DNA of 64,000 nt from Thermoprotei archaeon (GTDB taxonomy: Archaea; Thermoproteota; Thermoprotei; Thermoproteales; B15-G16). Of this stretch, positions 27,801 to 37,499 are shown one piece after another. The notes beneath the pieces are model-generated. The model searched no databases, was not told where the DNA came from, and saw nothing but the letters and a program-made list of their open reading frames with translations. The first letter of the stretch is position 1. The number at the start of each line of letters is the position of its first letter. The position numbers and the translations under genes were made by a program. The stretch is taken from the NCBI GenBank assembly GCA_003649205.1, contig QMRC01000006.1, positions 39,757 through 103,756 on the forward strand. The letters run 5' to 3'.

Positions 27801-28014
27801 AGGTCAAGTCACATAGCTTCAATACCTTCTCCTTAACTAATCTCATATTGAAGAACTCAAAGGTATCCACAGACACCACTATACCATCTCCTAGAAAGAG
27901 CTGAGAGGATGCCCAGATACAGATGGCTAAACCCATAACTGAGGGAAGTTCTTTGCGAAGCGATGATCGTAATGTGTATAGACTCCTCCTCACTGTCTTC
28001 TCCTCGGTGTCCAC
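24877..28014 (-). CDS. Large GT-C-type membrane glycosyltransferase-like protein with extracellular beta-rich domains
   Basis: About 12 N-terminal TMs with FYATSP and FRESTKF motifs, GVKYIVV, C-terminal TM. Confidence 0.6.
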   Translation of the reverse strand: MDTEEKTVRRSLYTLRSSLRKELPSVMGLAICIWASSQLFLGDGIVVSVDTFEFFNMRLVKEKVLKLCDLTWNMGTLDPENIRLSLYYVITYLISMIFGPTNYVKVWYSTSILLSYVLTYMLLRHLGFSKATSAIAAVFYATSPFLLNRLAIGQVLFCIGYSLTPLTVLLADLLTEKPRRDYAIYLGLALALVSMTQLHLVVLTPLLVVLYVLVKRKNLRKVIRYVPYTAIACALPLLPWLLSLYYTITTIPGYGLVPIEELVTRWGEAEVTSLSTALLYAPFVSVSSAGALVPYFEYVLVLWLACILTIALSRIRCRIVQVGFVLYVIGIVLAFLPYLATEQYIALYRVVPALSLFRESTKFLYLSAVGLTLLIATSIDALRMVLSTRLRFRTVHSLSIKVLIAVVMMFISIVAVGSTPHFLLHSLASIEFFKLAKPPTMTHDVVSRLSGLVLDRVMWFPDSASVYPRYLPTKTFVKDIAQELSPLPLIGVWYRRGVVYLPGCLQDLVAHTYYFYELNLANFKVLNWSTVPRCLGVKYIVVDDVSGEFMANPLKFFKAIKHYWGVRKLPFVTAVPPSPKVAASRTCLVIVGDLFTLDLLQDLGVDVAEVPTAHLLGDFFQQNLTTLLGGELDHVILVLSSSTIYDILPYLTQDAIVIDLSRYCEPRKNYTVSWAALSPEIYLWLARLGYAFSSVVACEKSGCNLKVVFRVEKSGVYLLLIRALKHDRGGEIEVVIDGRVFSVSTRSSVVSLRFIPVGILYLSNGLHEVEVVNVCGLNVIDVLLFVKSDEVERINDLLRGLIERGYLSLLYVWEPELWLRSGDFVKCSRVRGLALKLRDGDTLHLEVPNLSIPYWVYALAWGDEGCALCVKSVRGTYSISLPNFPHLVFLGEHCGSNVIFSVRGGAECGMCVDYVLVLFSTKFTSLRELVKYLRSSVVGVNFRDLSLNLDRGTYVVEWKVKYYPRDIWCVVGCRECARFTGVCFTTTSLVRVTSDCTHIAFTPVVNHVVCTCAVVTSVLTLVLWVITCTRLGSQLMYLVRSRLWR

Positions 28015-29127
28015 ATGGGCGTTAACCTACTTGAGTTACTACGTAGATACGATAAGACAGGTATTTATAATGTATACTTGAGGTGGCATGAGCTGCTTAG
28101 CGATACGTACAGAGTGGTCAGAGAGAGCTTTAGTGTGCCTAGGGAGATTAATGTCCATGGTAAGGTCATTAGGTATGGAGATATCAATAAGGTTGTTATC
28201 TGTGGCATGGGTGGTTCAGGTATTGTCGGTGATCTAGTGTACGACATGTACCAGGACGTAGCTGAGGTACCTATCGTCGTGATTAAGGACTATCACCTAC
28301 CTAGGTTCTGTGATGAGAGAACTCTGGTCATAGCTATTAGCTACTCAGGTAATACCGAGGAGACAATTAGTGCCTTTGTTGAGGGTATTGAGAGAGGTTG
28401 TCAAGTTGTCTCGGTGTCGTCTGGTGGTGTATTAGAGGAGTTTGCGAAGAAGTTAGGTACTCCACATGTTGCTGTACCTAGGGGAACTCAGCCTAGAGCC
28501 GCTCTCCCATGTTTAGTTGCTGCTACCTTAGCTATCCTAGAGAAATTTAATGTGATTGGTGATACCGGGGGTGATGTTAAGGAGTGTAGTGCTGTCCTTA
28601 GGGATGTGATTGAGGAGAATAGACCTGAGGTAGGTGGTAGAGCACTTGAGCTAGCAAACGCTATTGGAGATAAGGTACCGTTCATCTGTGGTCACACATT
28701 CTACAGGGGTGTAGCTATTAGGCTGAAGAATGAGTTCAATGAGAATAGTAAGGTGGTTGCAGTAGCATCTACATTACCTGAATTTGATCACAACGATATT
28801 GTTGGTTGGGAGCTTAAGCCAAGTAATGTAGTACCAGTATTCATTAGGGATAGGGATGAGGATGAGGTTACTAGAGCTAGAGTTACCTGTACGGAGGATG
28901 TATTGAGGTCGCTGGGTCTACGTATTGAGGAGATTTGGGCTAGAGGGAGATCTAGATTAGCTAAAGTACTATCCCTGTGCCTACTCGGTGGATTAGCTAG
29001 TGTGTACTTAGCTGTACTCCGTGGTCTTGACCCAGGTGAGGTAGTAACTATATCTTTACTCAAGAGGTACATGAGTGAGAAGCTACGTGTTGTCGAGAGT
29101 TTGAGGAAGAGATTGTGCATCGAGTAA
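28015..29127 (+). CDS. Bifunctional phosphoglucose/phosphomannose isomerase
   Basis: GMGGSG, SYSGNTEET, QPRAA, ENSK, PE..HN motifs. Confidence 0.93.
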   Translation: MGVNLLELLRRYDKTGIYNVYLRWHELLSDTYRVVRESFSVPREINVHGKVIRYGDINKVVICGMGGSGIVGDLVYDMYQDVAEVPIVVIKDYHLPRFCDERTLVIAISYSGNTEETISAFVEGIERGCQVVSVSSGGVLEEFAKKLGTPHVAVPRGTQPRAALPCLVAATLAILEKFNVIGDTGGDVKECSAVLRDVIEENRPEVGGRALELANAIGDKVPFICGHTFYRGVAIRLKNEFNENSKVVAVASTLPEFDHNDIVGWELKPSNVVPVFIRDRDEDEVTRARVTCTEDVLRSLGLRIEEIWARGRSRLAKVLSLCLLGGLASVYLAVLRGLDPGEVVTISLLKRYMSEKLRVVESLRKRLCIE

Positions 29128-29957
29128 ATGTGAGTTACTTTGGTATATGTGGTGCTCATGGATTCGATACCTGCGTCCATGTAGTTTACATGATGTGCTC
29201 CATACTCCAAGCTCACGGTATCGGTAATGATGCTGTCGGCATAGCATCTATCAGGAGGGGGGAAGTAAAGATTGTTAAGTGTTTAACGCCGAGAGGATTA
29301 CTCATTGACCTACCTCTAACTCCTAAGTTAGTGGAGGAATTAAGTGGTCGAACTGTGCTCGCATCCACTGGTTCATATACAGTAGCTGAGGAGAGTAGCT
29401 ATAGGTATATTCAACCATTTGTTGACTGTAGAGAGGAGTTACTTCTACTACATGATGGGTATGTCGAGAACTATGTGAAGTATTACCACGAGTTGAAGAA
29501 ACGTGGACACAGATTCGTAACAGAGGTAAATGGTAACGTCATTAGTAGTGAGGTTGTGGTACATATGCTTGAGGAGTGTCTTGAAGATGCGGTTAACCTA
29601 CTTGATGCATTGCTTATGGTATGCTCAAAGCTGAGCAATGACCTAAGAGGTGTCGTAGTTGCTGTACACAGAGATATTGAAGATATCTGTGCTGTTGCCG
29701 TGTGCAGAGACGTGAGTAGAGTACGTAAAGTAGCTGTAGCAGTTGATGAGAATAGTTGGGCATTCGCATCCTTCAGAGATCGTGTTCTAGGTCAAGAGAT
29801 AGCACTAGGAATGAAGGCATTAGCACCAGTGCTCTCCCTCATGAACAAACCAACAACTGAAATACTTAGGTACGGTGAAGCCGCATTACTTACGCCTGGA
29901 AAGTTAGTGAAGAGGTGTATTAATCAGGATAGGAAAAGGGTACTTATTGAATGGTAG
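29115..29957 (+). CDS. Class II glutamine amidotransferase-like protein, divergent (probable start GTG 29130)
   Basis: G.DAVGIA, QPF, HDGYVENY, SEVVVH motifs. Confidence 0.6.
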   Translation: MHRVNVSYFGICGAHGFDTCVHVVYMMCSILQAHGIGNDAVGIASIRRGEVKIVKCLTPRGLLIDLPLTPKLVEELSGRTVLASTGSYTVAEESSYRYIQPFVDCREELLLLHDGYVENYVKYYHELKKRGHRFVTEVNGNVISSEVVVHMLEECLEDAVNLLDALLMVCSKLSNDLRGVVVAVHRDIEDICAVAVCRDVSRVRKVAVAVDENSWAFASFRDRVLGQEIALGMKALAPVLSLMNKPTTEILRYGEAALLTPGKLVKRCINQDRKRVLIEW

Positions 29958-30044
29958 GTGAAGTGGTAAGGATTTAGGGAATTAAGCAAAAAAGATTTAA
30001 GCAAGTGCTAGCACAGAGGTACACAGCAAGAGAGGGAGGGCACT

Positions 30045-30260
30045 ATGAGCCTAGAAGAGGAGAAGATTAAGATACTAAAGGCCATTGAGGAGCTAGGTGG
30101 AATCGCAAAGTGCAAGGACATCGCTGAGAGAATCGGAATGAGCGTACAGAAGGTAGCAGCACACATTAGAGCACTAAAGAACAAAGGCTACGTGGAGCAG
30201 ATCAAGAAGGGCGAGTATAGACTGACAGAAGCAGGTAAGAAAGTACTAGCAGGTGAGTAA
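30045..30260 (+). CDS. Small winged-helix DNA-binding protein
   Basis: KDIAERIGMS...LKNKGYV...YRLTEAG; TATA TTTAAG and RBS GGAGG upstream. Confidence 0.85.
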   Translation: MSLEEEKIKILKAIEELGGIAKCKDIAERIGMSVQKVAAHIRALKNKGYVEQIKKGEYRLTEAGKKVLAGE

Positions 30261-30617
30261 AAGCAAATATAGTACTCAATCCCTGGTATTAAGAAATTAT
30301 CCACTTCTCTTTTTCTCACTTAATACCCTGCTCCTTAAATCCTCTAATCAACTCATCAATTACTTAGAAGTACCTGAGTACCTACCTAGCTCAGCACGGA
30401 AACCCACAACTGCATACTTCTCCTAGCCTCAATTGATGCATCATGTACGTACCATGAGGCAAAGCACATACATGCCCCTTCTACTGAAGCTTTTATTAAC
30501 CTGAGAGACATGTCTTTCGAGCAAGTAGAAAGTAGGAAAGAACTAAATCTACGTAGTAGTGATTAAGAAGGGTAGAGACATAACACTCCTCTACTCTACT
30601 TCTGTTGTATTCGTTCA

Positions 30618-30667
30618 ATGATGAGTACCCTGGGGTCTGTACTGGTGATGAGCCGAGATTGTACTGA
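30618..30667 (+). ncRNA. C/D-box guide sRNA
   Basis: ATGATGA-gtaccctggggt-CTGT-actg-GTGATGA-gccgagattgta-CTGA. Confidence 0.85.
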
Positions 30668-30679
30668 GAGTGAGCATGT

Positions 30680-31966
30680 ATGGGGCTCATTGATGATGTA
30701 CTGAAATTCACCTCTAGAGTACTGTACTACGTCGATAGGTACTCACTATCACTCGATAAGGCGTATCAATACGCTAAACACAGCTTGGGATTGAGTAGTG
30801 TAGAGAGAGCACCAAAGTTCTTCTATGAGATTTCTCGTGATGTTGTGTCTAAGTTTATTCAGCTTGATCTCTTATGTAGGCGCTATAACATTGCCCCAAC
30901 GTATAAGAACATTGTTAGGCTATGGTTACTGCTCTATGGTGAAGACGTCATTAGGTTGAATGCCGTAAGACATTACGTTAAGAGGTTGAGGAAGAGGTTT
31001 AGGGATCTTGATCTTAGCTCAGTAATCGAAGAGGTAAAGGGTGTGGAGAGACTTGCTATTGAGTATTCCTTTCCTCTTCAGTTCGTTAAGAGGTTAAGTT
31101 CGGTACTACCATTAGAGGAAGTAGAGAGGTTACTGAAGTCACTTAATTCAAATATTTTGTGGTTGCGTGTGAATACGCTCAAGTTTGATGTCGATAGAGC
31201 TATCAAGGTTCTTGAGGAAGAAGGTGTTCTCGTTGAGGTTGATCATGACTTTGAGTTCATGCTTCGTGTTGTGAAGTATGATAAGCCTCTGCATAAGCTC
31301 TCAGTTGTAAGAGAGGGTAAGGTAATTATTCAGGATAAGGCTTCTGCTTTTGCCGTTAGAGCGTTAGACCCAAAACCAGGGGATGTAATACTTGACCTCT
31401 GTGCAGCGCCTGGTGTTAAGACGTCGCTCATTATGCAGCTTACTGAGAATAGGGCTAAGGTGATCGCATTTGATAAGTCAAGGAAGAGATTGAGATCGAT
31501 GATTCGCCTATTGAAGCTATATGGCGTTGATGTGAGTAGAGTGGATATTGTTTTGACAGATTCTAGGGTTATTAGGTGGGTAGCTAATGTAGATAGTATC
31601 CTAGTCGATGCTCCCTGTACTTCTAGTGGAGTTGTGTGTAGGGATCCAGCAGTAAAGGTTCACTTACGTAGACTAACTAAGGTTGAGCACTACTCTCAAA
31701 TCCAGTTAGAGTTACTTAGGAATGCTCTCAGGTGGATTCCTGTGGGTACTCCAGTAATCTTCACTACCTGCTCGTTATTACCTGATGAAGGCGAGGAGGT
31801 TGTGAAGAGAGTTATTAGTGGTGAAGTGCTTGCCGAAGTAGCTCCTCTAGATCTACCTGTTGCAACTGGTTACCCTGGATATCTATTTAGTAGTAGTGTG
31901 AGGAGGACCTTTCCACATATACATCACTGTGGTGGTTTCTTCTACTGCAAGTTAGTGAGGATCTAG
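30680..31966 (+). CDS. RsmB/NOL1/NOP2 family RNA m5C methyltransferase
   Basis: LRVN, QDKAS, DLCAAPGVKT, DAPCTSSG, TCS motifs. Confidence 0.92.
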   Translation: MGLIDDVLKFTSRVLYYVDRYSLSLDKAYQYAKHSLGLSSVERAPKFFYEISRDVVSKFIQLDLLCRRYNIAPTYKNIVRLWLLLYGEDVIRLNAVRHYVKRLRKRFRDLDLSSVIEEVKGVERLAIEYSFPLQFVKRLSSVLPLEEVERLLKSLNSNILWLRVNTLKFDVDRAIKVLEEEGVLVEVDHDFEFMLRVVKYDKPLHKLSVVREGKVIIQDKASAFAVRALDPKPGDVILDLCAAPGVKTSLIMQLTENRAKVIAFDKSRKRLRSMIRLLKLYGVDVSRVDIVLTDSRVIRWVANVDSILVDAPCTSSGVVCRDPAVKVHLRRLTKVEHYSQIQLELLRNALRWIPVGTPVIFTTCSLLPDEGEEVVKRVISGEVLAEVAPLDLPVATGYPGYLFSSSVRRTFPHIHHCGGFFYCKLVRI

Positions 31967-32016
31967 TCAGTGTGGTGTAGCTCAATCATCTGGTCATTGC
32001 CCGGACTACTCATCAT
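31967..32016 (-). ncRNA. C/D-box guide sRNA (D guide antisense to a tRNA 5'/D-stem-like GUGGUGUAGC)
   Basis: ATGATGA-gtagtccgggca-ATGA-ccag-ATGATTGA-gctacaccaca-CTGA. Confidence 0.8.
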
Positions 32017-32053
32017 CGTGACAGAGCTAGTGTTTAATACCTCTAGTTGAGTT

Positions 32054-34102
32054 TTAGGTGTTGCGGAGTTTTCTCATGATGAAATGGCCGTGAACTCGCA
32101 GATTTGGTGACGAGTGACCCCCTACTGATCTCACAGTTTTTCTTGTAGTGAGAGCTACAGTAACTACCACTATAAATGCTATAATCAAGGTCACAAGTAT
32201 AGCTAGTGCTAGCTTATTGATCATTGCTCTACTCGTTGAAGGCACTTCCTTTTGTTTTCCACCTGGTGTTTTAGGTACATTAGCTGGCTTAGGTACTTCC
32301 GGTATAGGTGCCTTAGGTAATGTGATGTTGAGCGTGCTTAAGCGCAATAGAAGTGCTAGCGAGTACGAGTATATGCTGGCTTGTCTATAGAGTACGAGTT
32401 TAAGTGTTGAGTCTCTGGTCTCATTAGCTAACTCGATGTACGATATTGATACTATTGGTACTATTCCTCTCTTAAGACACTTCTCAGTATTGTAGAGTGC
32501 CATCTTCTTAGCGTACTCGATCAAGTACTCCATAACCTCTTCTCTCTGTGCTGACAGTATGTTCATTGCTGCACTCGAGCAAGTTATTGACCTAATGCTC
32601 AGCGCTATAGTCATGAGAAAGTCACCTGAATGGAGGTAATACTCCGCCTTCTTCAGACACCACTCAGCTTCAGCTATGAACCTCTCAAGTGCTTCCGCTA
32701 AACCAACCTCTCTCACTATCTCACTCGTGTACGAGTATATTGATCTAGCTTGGTCAAAGAGGATGTACGCTAGGTTGTCTATGGGTAGGTGTTTAGTCGC
32801 TACTCCACTAGATACCTTACCGAGTAACCTCATCCACAACATGGCAGTTTCAAGCCTAGCCTGTAGGTATGCTAGATCGCTAACTATGTCACGTATTACT
32901 CCGTACATACCTTCCTTAGCTTCCTGGAGCAATCCTTTAATCCTCTCAATTAGGGTTTCAGCAACAGAGAGACGCTCAGCAACGGCAATCAACACCGATA
33001 CATCACTAACAGAACTAACCTCTTGATGTGAACGTAGATCACTAATACAGTTCCTAAACTCATTGCTTAATTCCCTAAACTTTTCCTCAAGAACCTCAAT
33101 AGCTTTGTCTGGACTTAGGTCACGTACCTCGCTCAGTAGCTTGAGTTCGAGCGCATCAATGTATGTACGAAATGCCATAGATGCAGCAACGTAGTAGAGA
33201 CCCCTATCAAGGTAGCTCTCTGTCTTACGCACCTCATCCTCTACCCTCTTAACTTCACTACCATACACCTCTCTAAGCTTCTTCTCCTCTAAAATTGAGC
33301 TAACCCTACTAAGCAGGTACTCAGCAACATCTCTAAAATGCATAGCCACTGTGGGAGGTAGCTTTAGCTTACGAGGGTACGTTAACTCCATCTCAATGCC
33401 TGTGAAGTACTGCAACGCCTCCTCAACACTACCAACCTCAATAACCTTAAGACCCCACTTCTTCCGTGCATACTCAACAACGTCAACAACCTTAGGCTTC
33501 CTCACAATCCTAGTTATCGGACCTATTACCTGCTTAATAGTCTCATAGGTAACGACATACCTCTGGCCAAGAGGAATTAGAAATACCTTACCACCTGCAC
33601 GTGCAACAGCTTCGGCTTTCTCCAAGATACCACCTACGGGACCTATGCTACCATCTGGATTCACCATACCCGTCATGTAGACTGTTGTGTTCAGTGTCAA
33701 GTTCTTCAACAGAGCGTACATAGCAACCGCCATCAATGCGCTTGCTGAGGGACCACCAACAATTACTGTTGGCGCTCTGACATTGATTAGGAAATCATAC
33801 TTCACATATGGCACATCAGCTAGTTCAGATGCCACTATAGCTGCGACCTTAGCTGCTGCCTGCATATCTAGCTCAGTCAACGGAGTTGTGGATATGTAGA
33901 CAGTTCCATTGCCGGGCTTGAGCACAGCTATCTCAATTGTCGTAATGGTACCAACCAACTTACCCTCCTCAGTTCTCGAAACAGCAACAGCTCTTACGGA
34001 AACTTTCTTAACCTCAGCACTGTAGCACAACGCAGATGAGGTGAAGGTAGGGCTCAGTAACAGGATTATCAACACAAACAAGGTCAATTTACTGTACTTC
34101 AT
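32054..34102 (-). CDS. Secreted, membrane-anchored S16 (Lon-like) serine protease
   Basis: GGPSAS, TGMVNPDGSIGPVGGILEK; signal peptide and C-terminal TM. Confidence 0.9.
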   Translation of the reverse strand: MKYSKLTLFVLIILLLSPTFTSSALCYSAEVKKVSVRAVAVSRTEEGKLVGTITTIEIAVLKPGNGTVYISTTPLTELDMQAAAKVAAIVASELADVPYVKYDFLINVRAPTVIVGGPSASALMAVAMYALLKNLTLNTTVYMTGMVNPDGSIGPVGGILEKAEAVARAGGKVFLIPLGQRYVVTYETIKQVIGPITRIVRKPKVVDVVEYARKKWGLKVIEVGSVEEALQYFTGIEMELTYPRKLKLPPTVAMHFRDVAEYLLSRVSSILEEKKLREVYGSEVKRVEDEVRKTESYLDRGLYYVAASMAFRTYIDALELKLLSEVRDLSPDKAIEVLEEKFRELSNEFRNCISDLRSHQEVSSVSDVSVLIAVAERLSVAETLIERIKGLLQEAKEGMYGVIRDIVSDLAYLQARLETAMLWMRLLGKVSSGVATKHLPIDNLAYILFDQARSIYSYTSEIVREVGLAEALERFIAEAEWCLKKAEYYLHSGDFLMTIALSIRSITCSSAAMNILSAQREEVMEYLIEYAKKMALYNTEKCLKRGIVPIVSISYIELANETRDSTLKLVLYRQASIYSYSLALLLRLSTLNITLPKAPIPEVPKPANVPKTPGGKQKEVPSTSRAMINKLALAILVTLIIAFIVVVTVALTTRKTVRSVGGHSSPNLRVHGHFIMRKLRNT

Positions 34103-34979
34103 AAACTACAACACCTCCCGCAACAACCCTAAATACAAGGATCTCAGGTAACTTGAGACAATACCTGTCCCTAATCTCAGAAACCATGTCGAGAACCTCA
34201 TTTAATTTCTTACCGTGAACCAAGATCATCAGTGATCTAGGTGTTGGTAGCGGATACACAAAATTGCAACTCCTCAACTCAGCTACAATTGCTGAAGCAG
34301 GGGGTGTTAGTCTCGGTACCTCAACTACATACCTACGGGCAACTTCACCTAGAGTAGATAGGCATGGCTTGAGCACGAGTTTCTTGAAGTAAGATAGTAC
34401 TTTACCATCTTCAGGTACCGGTAGCTCTAAGCAATTTGGAATGTAGATTACGTACATGCCATCTGGTACTGGAAATACATCGAAGAGGGCAAATGAGGGA
34501 GCACCAGGTACATGAACAATCGTAGGTGATAGCGTTAGTAAGCAATTTACAAAACCGTATCCCACCTCATACCTTAGCTCAAGCTCGTGAATGAACTGAA
34601 GAAGGGATATGTAGCTAAGTCCTAGATACTGACATAGCGTGTATCCGATACCAACGAGTAGAGACGTTATGGCACTCAAGTCATTACACAGCTTTAGGAA
34701 CTCACCATGAAGTACCTTGACCTTGAGACCAATACCTCTACCCCCTAGAACCATGTACGTGAATTCGTTGAGTACCCTCTCAAGTACTTGACCGTACTCG
34801 TGATCTAGCTCCAGTACAATTCCCGATCTAGTACTCTTCACACACTCGATAACTAACTCAAGTCCAGGTTCGAGGGGTATGTAAAGACCACGAAAACCAG
34901 CTCTCAGTGGATTGCGAGCGTGTACACGAGTTAGTAGAGTAGCAGCTACGAGTGGTACAGTACACACCACCCTATGCAC
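34089..34979 (-). CDS. Divergent GHMP kinase-like (pantoate kinase-like) protein
   Basis: P.RAGFRG, HELE...GYG.V, PGAP motifs; Gly-rich loop degenerate. Confidence 0.45.
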   Translation of the reverse strand: MHRVVCTVPLVAATLLTRVHARNPLRAGFRGLYIPLEPGLELVIECVKSTRSGIVLELDHEYGQVLERVLNEFTYMVLGGRGIGLKVKVLHGEFLKLCNDLSAITSLLVGIGYTLCQYLGLSYISLLQFIHELELRYEVGYGFVNCLLTLSPTIVHVPGAPSFALFDVFPVPDGMYVIYIPNCLELPVPEDGKVLSYFKKLVLKPCLSTLGEVARRYVVEVPRLTPPASAIVAELRSCNFVYPLPTPRSLMILVHGKKLNEVLDMVSEIRDRYCLKLPEILVFRVVAGGVVVYEVQ

Positions 34980-34994
34980 GAGTACCTAAACCCC

Positions 34995-35423
34995 TCACCT
35001 ACCTAGATACCATCTCCTAACCTTCTTAAGTTTGAGCTTTGTCGATGAGAAGCATAGTTTACGAAAACAGCAGTAACTACACTTAACCCCTTTCTCACTA
35101 CATATCTGACTGAGTTCAGAGGCTAGGACTATTGCCTCTCTAAGTAATCTCGCTCTGGCGCTACGAATCTCAGCTATCCTCCTATAGAGAGCTTTACGAG
35201 CTTCCTTCTGAAGTACTTGTGGAATTGAGGTGATAGCTAGCTCAAATTGCTCGATTTCTTTTCTCTCTCTTTCCTGTAACTCGTCAACTAATCTAAGTAC
35301 CCTAGCTAACTCAGCACGTAGTAGGTACTCACGTGAGTATGCTAGGTTCTGATCAGGTTCCTTACTCATGTACTTGGAGATTAGTTCTCTAGCTAGGTCA
35401 CTCATCGAAATACTAATTCTCAA
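34995..35423 (-). CDS. Hypothetical helical protein with Cys cluster
   Basis: ORF 142 aa. Confidence 0.55.
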   Translation of the reverse strand: MRISISMSDLARELISKYMSKEPDQNLAYSREYLLRAELARVLRLVDELQERERKEIEQFELAITSIPQVLQKEARKALYRRIAEIRSARARLLREAIVLASELSQICSEKGVKCSYCCFRKLCFSSTKLKLKKVRRWYLGR

Positions 35424-35461
35424 ATACTTAATAGGGGTGACATACAGTTTCTAATTCTCAG

Positions 35462-35509
35462 ATGAAGAGAGGGTCACGGACTGAGAGGTGACGAACTAGG
35501 CTCCGCTGA
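35462..35509 (+). ncRNA. C/D-box guide sRNA overlapping the convergent DUF429 stop
   Basis: ATGAAGA-gagggtcacgga-CTGA-gag-GTGACGA-actaggctccg-CTGA. Confidence 0.78.
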
Positions 35510-36071
35510 GTATCCTCCTAACAACTCTCTTCGGTAAAACGACCCTACCTTCATCATTACCTACCGGAGCTGCTAAACCTAGATCGTAGAGGATAGCTGT
35601 TAAGACAGCTAGAGTAGCATCGTACTCATGCCTTGACTTAGGTAGTTCACGTATAGAGATACCTAGTTTCCTGAAGTACGTAACCAACCTCCCAATACCA
35701 TTGATCAGTAGTATCTTCTCAGTCGATCTCGGGTGGACTTCAATAACTCTTGAATCAGGAGCTATAGCTAGAATTCTCGAAACTAACTTCATAGCTCTCT
35801 CAGTTAACTTCTTCATACCGGGGAAGAGAGGAGGTAGTACAGGATACCCCAATCTATGCATTAACCTATCTACAAATCGCGTGTACCCTGATGTAGGTAG
35901 TGTGAGAGGTGCATCAATAGCCACTATCTTTGGTCTATACCTGGAAACTACTTCAAGTACTTCGCAATCCCTTTTCACAATATAGGTACTGAGCTGAGAA
36001 CTGTATACTATGGCTATACCTGTGGGATTCTTCTCTACACCTGCTAAGTCAATCCCTATGTAGGTACTCAC
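35496..36071 (-). CDS. DUF429 family RNase H-like nuclease
   Basis: GIDLAG, AIDAPL, IEVHP, HEYDA motifs. Confidence 0.88.
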   Translation of the reverse strand: MSTYIGIDLAGVEKNPTGIAIVYSSQLSTYIVKRDCEVLEVVSRYRPKIVAIDAPLTLPTSGYTRFVDRLMHRLGYPVLPPLFPGMKKLTERAMKLVSRILAIAPDSRVIEVHPRSTEKILLINGIGRLVTYFRKLGISIRELPKSRHEYDATLAVLTAILYDLGLAAPVGNDEGRVVLPKRVVRRILSGA

Positions 36072-36601
36072 CAGTAGCTCACTGCATTACCTAATTTAAT
36101 TACCTTCTCACTCATCTTACCGCTTGGTGATACCTTAGCGATAACTATCATAGCCATTCCCTGTCTACTACCTTCACGACTAATTACTCTCGACATTGCA
36201 CGGTGAAGTAGGTGTATTGCAGCTGATACAGGGTTAAGCTTCTTACCATGTCTTGTTGGCTGTCTCTTGCTTATGTATCTACTCACGTACTTACTATCAG
36301 TCACAGCTGAAAAGAGACATACATCACATCTCAAGACAATACCCGATACGTTATCGTACACATACTCCTCAAATATGAGGTCAGAACCACATCTAGGACA
36401 TTTCTTACCGGTTTTGAGGCTTAGCACCTTACTTAACCCAAATACTTCAGGTGGAGTTGTGTACCCACTGACTAGCCTAGCTAGGTAATCACATACCTTG
36501 TCAACTACTATATGCTCATCGTAGCGCTCATCATAGTCCATTAGGAAAACCCCAAGCACACACCACGTATTAGATATTAAAGGTTTCCTCTCTACAACCA
36601 T
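36068..36601 (-). CDS. Hypothetical zinc-ribbon protein
   Basis: CPRCG...CDVC. Confidence 0.55.
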   Translation of the reverse strand: MVVERKPLISNTWCVLGVFLMDYDERYDEHIVVDKVCDYLARLVSGYTTPPEVFGLSKVLSLKTGKKCPRCGSDLIFEEYVYDNVSGIVLRCDVCLFSAVTDSKYVSRYISKRQPTRHGKKLNPVSAAIHLLHRAMSRVISREGSRQGMAMIVIAKVSPSGKMSEKVIKLGNAVSYW

Positions 36602-36643
36602 CTATCGGGAATACTTAAGTTCGTAGCACCTAGGTACTTAGTC

Positions 36644-36850
36644 TTGGTGTCATGTATGAAGTTTGAACACGTAGTATCATTAGCAATTGTAGTGGTATCG
36701 ATCGTAGTAACTGCTCTTGTCATAACGTGGTTCTACACATGGATTACGCCAAATGTGGCAAATCTCACGATGCTCACGTACTCACTACTACTGATCATTA
36801 TAATCTACATATGCTACATGTGGGTTAAAGAGGTTAAAGAAAGGGGGTAG
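36644..36850 (+). CDS. Small two-TM membrane protein
   Basis: Two hydrophobic helices. Confidence 0.5.
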   Translation: MVSCMKFEHVVSLAIVVVSIVVTALVITWFYTWITPNVANLTMLTYSLLLIIIIYICYMWVKEVKERG

Positions 36851-36857
36851 TGTCGTT

Positions 36858-37466
36858 TTACATCGGTTGAATTAGTACTTCGTGAGTACTATTGCTCTCT
36901 CCAACTTCCTGCGTTAAATCTGCTCCAGTACTTGACTCGGGTTTCTCTATGTACTTCTCAAACTCTAGCTCGCTTAATACTGAACGAACTTCATCATTTG
37001 GAGAGAATACCCTAATCCTAACGATGTCTCCTTCCCTGAGGATCTGAAGGATTAGGTTATCCATTTCTATGTAGTCCTCACTCAAGCTCATGAGCTTAGG
37101 CACATCACCTAACTTCTCGAATAACTTGTTCAGTAAATCTGCATACAGCTTACTCACATTAATTCTCCACGATGGCTCTAACTTCAGCACCTCCTCACTA
37201 CACAGCAATACAGTTGTTACAAAGGGACCTAACTCCTTACCTATCTCATCTAGGTAGCTCTTCACTACCTCACATACAACTCTATTATCCTCAACCTTAA
37301 TCCACTGATCATTTGTAAAGGTGAAGAGCACCTTCGATGGATTGACCTCAGTAAACCTATCACCACCCTTCAGTAAGACCTTGAAGGCTGTTGTAGCTAG
37401 TTCCAGTGCTTGTGACTTGTTCTCTGCTCTAAGCTCTATCCTACATATCTCTCTCAAGTTATTCAC
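36858..37466 (-). CDS. Hypothetical protein
   Basis: ORF 202 aa. Confidence 0.55.
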   Translation of the reverse strand: MNNLREICRIELRAENKSQALELATTAFKVLLKGGDRFTEVNPSKVLFTFTNDQWIKVEDNRVVCEVVKSYLDEIGKELGPFVTTVLLCSEEVLKLEPSWRINVSKLYADLLNKLFEKLGDVPKLMSLSEDYIEMDNLILQILREGDIVRIRVFSPNDEVRSVLSELEFEKYIEKPESSTGADLTQEVGESNSTHEVLIQPM

Positions 37467-37499
37467 CTGATTACAATGTAGTTTAACCCTATTAACGTT

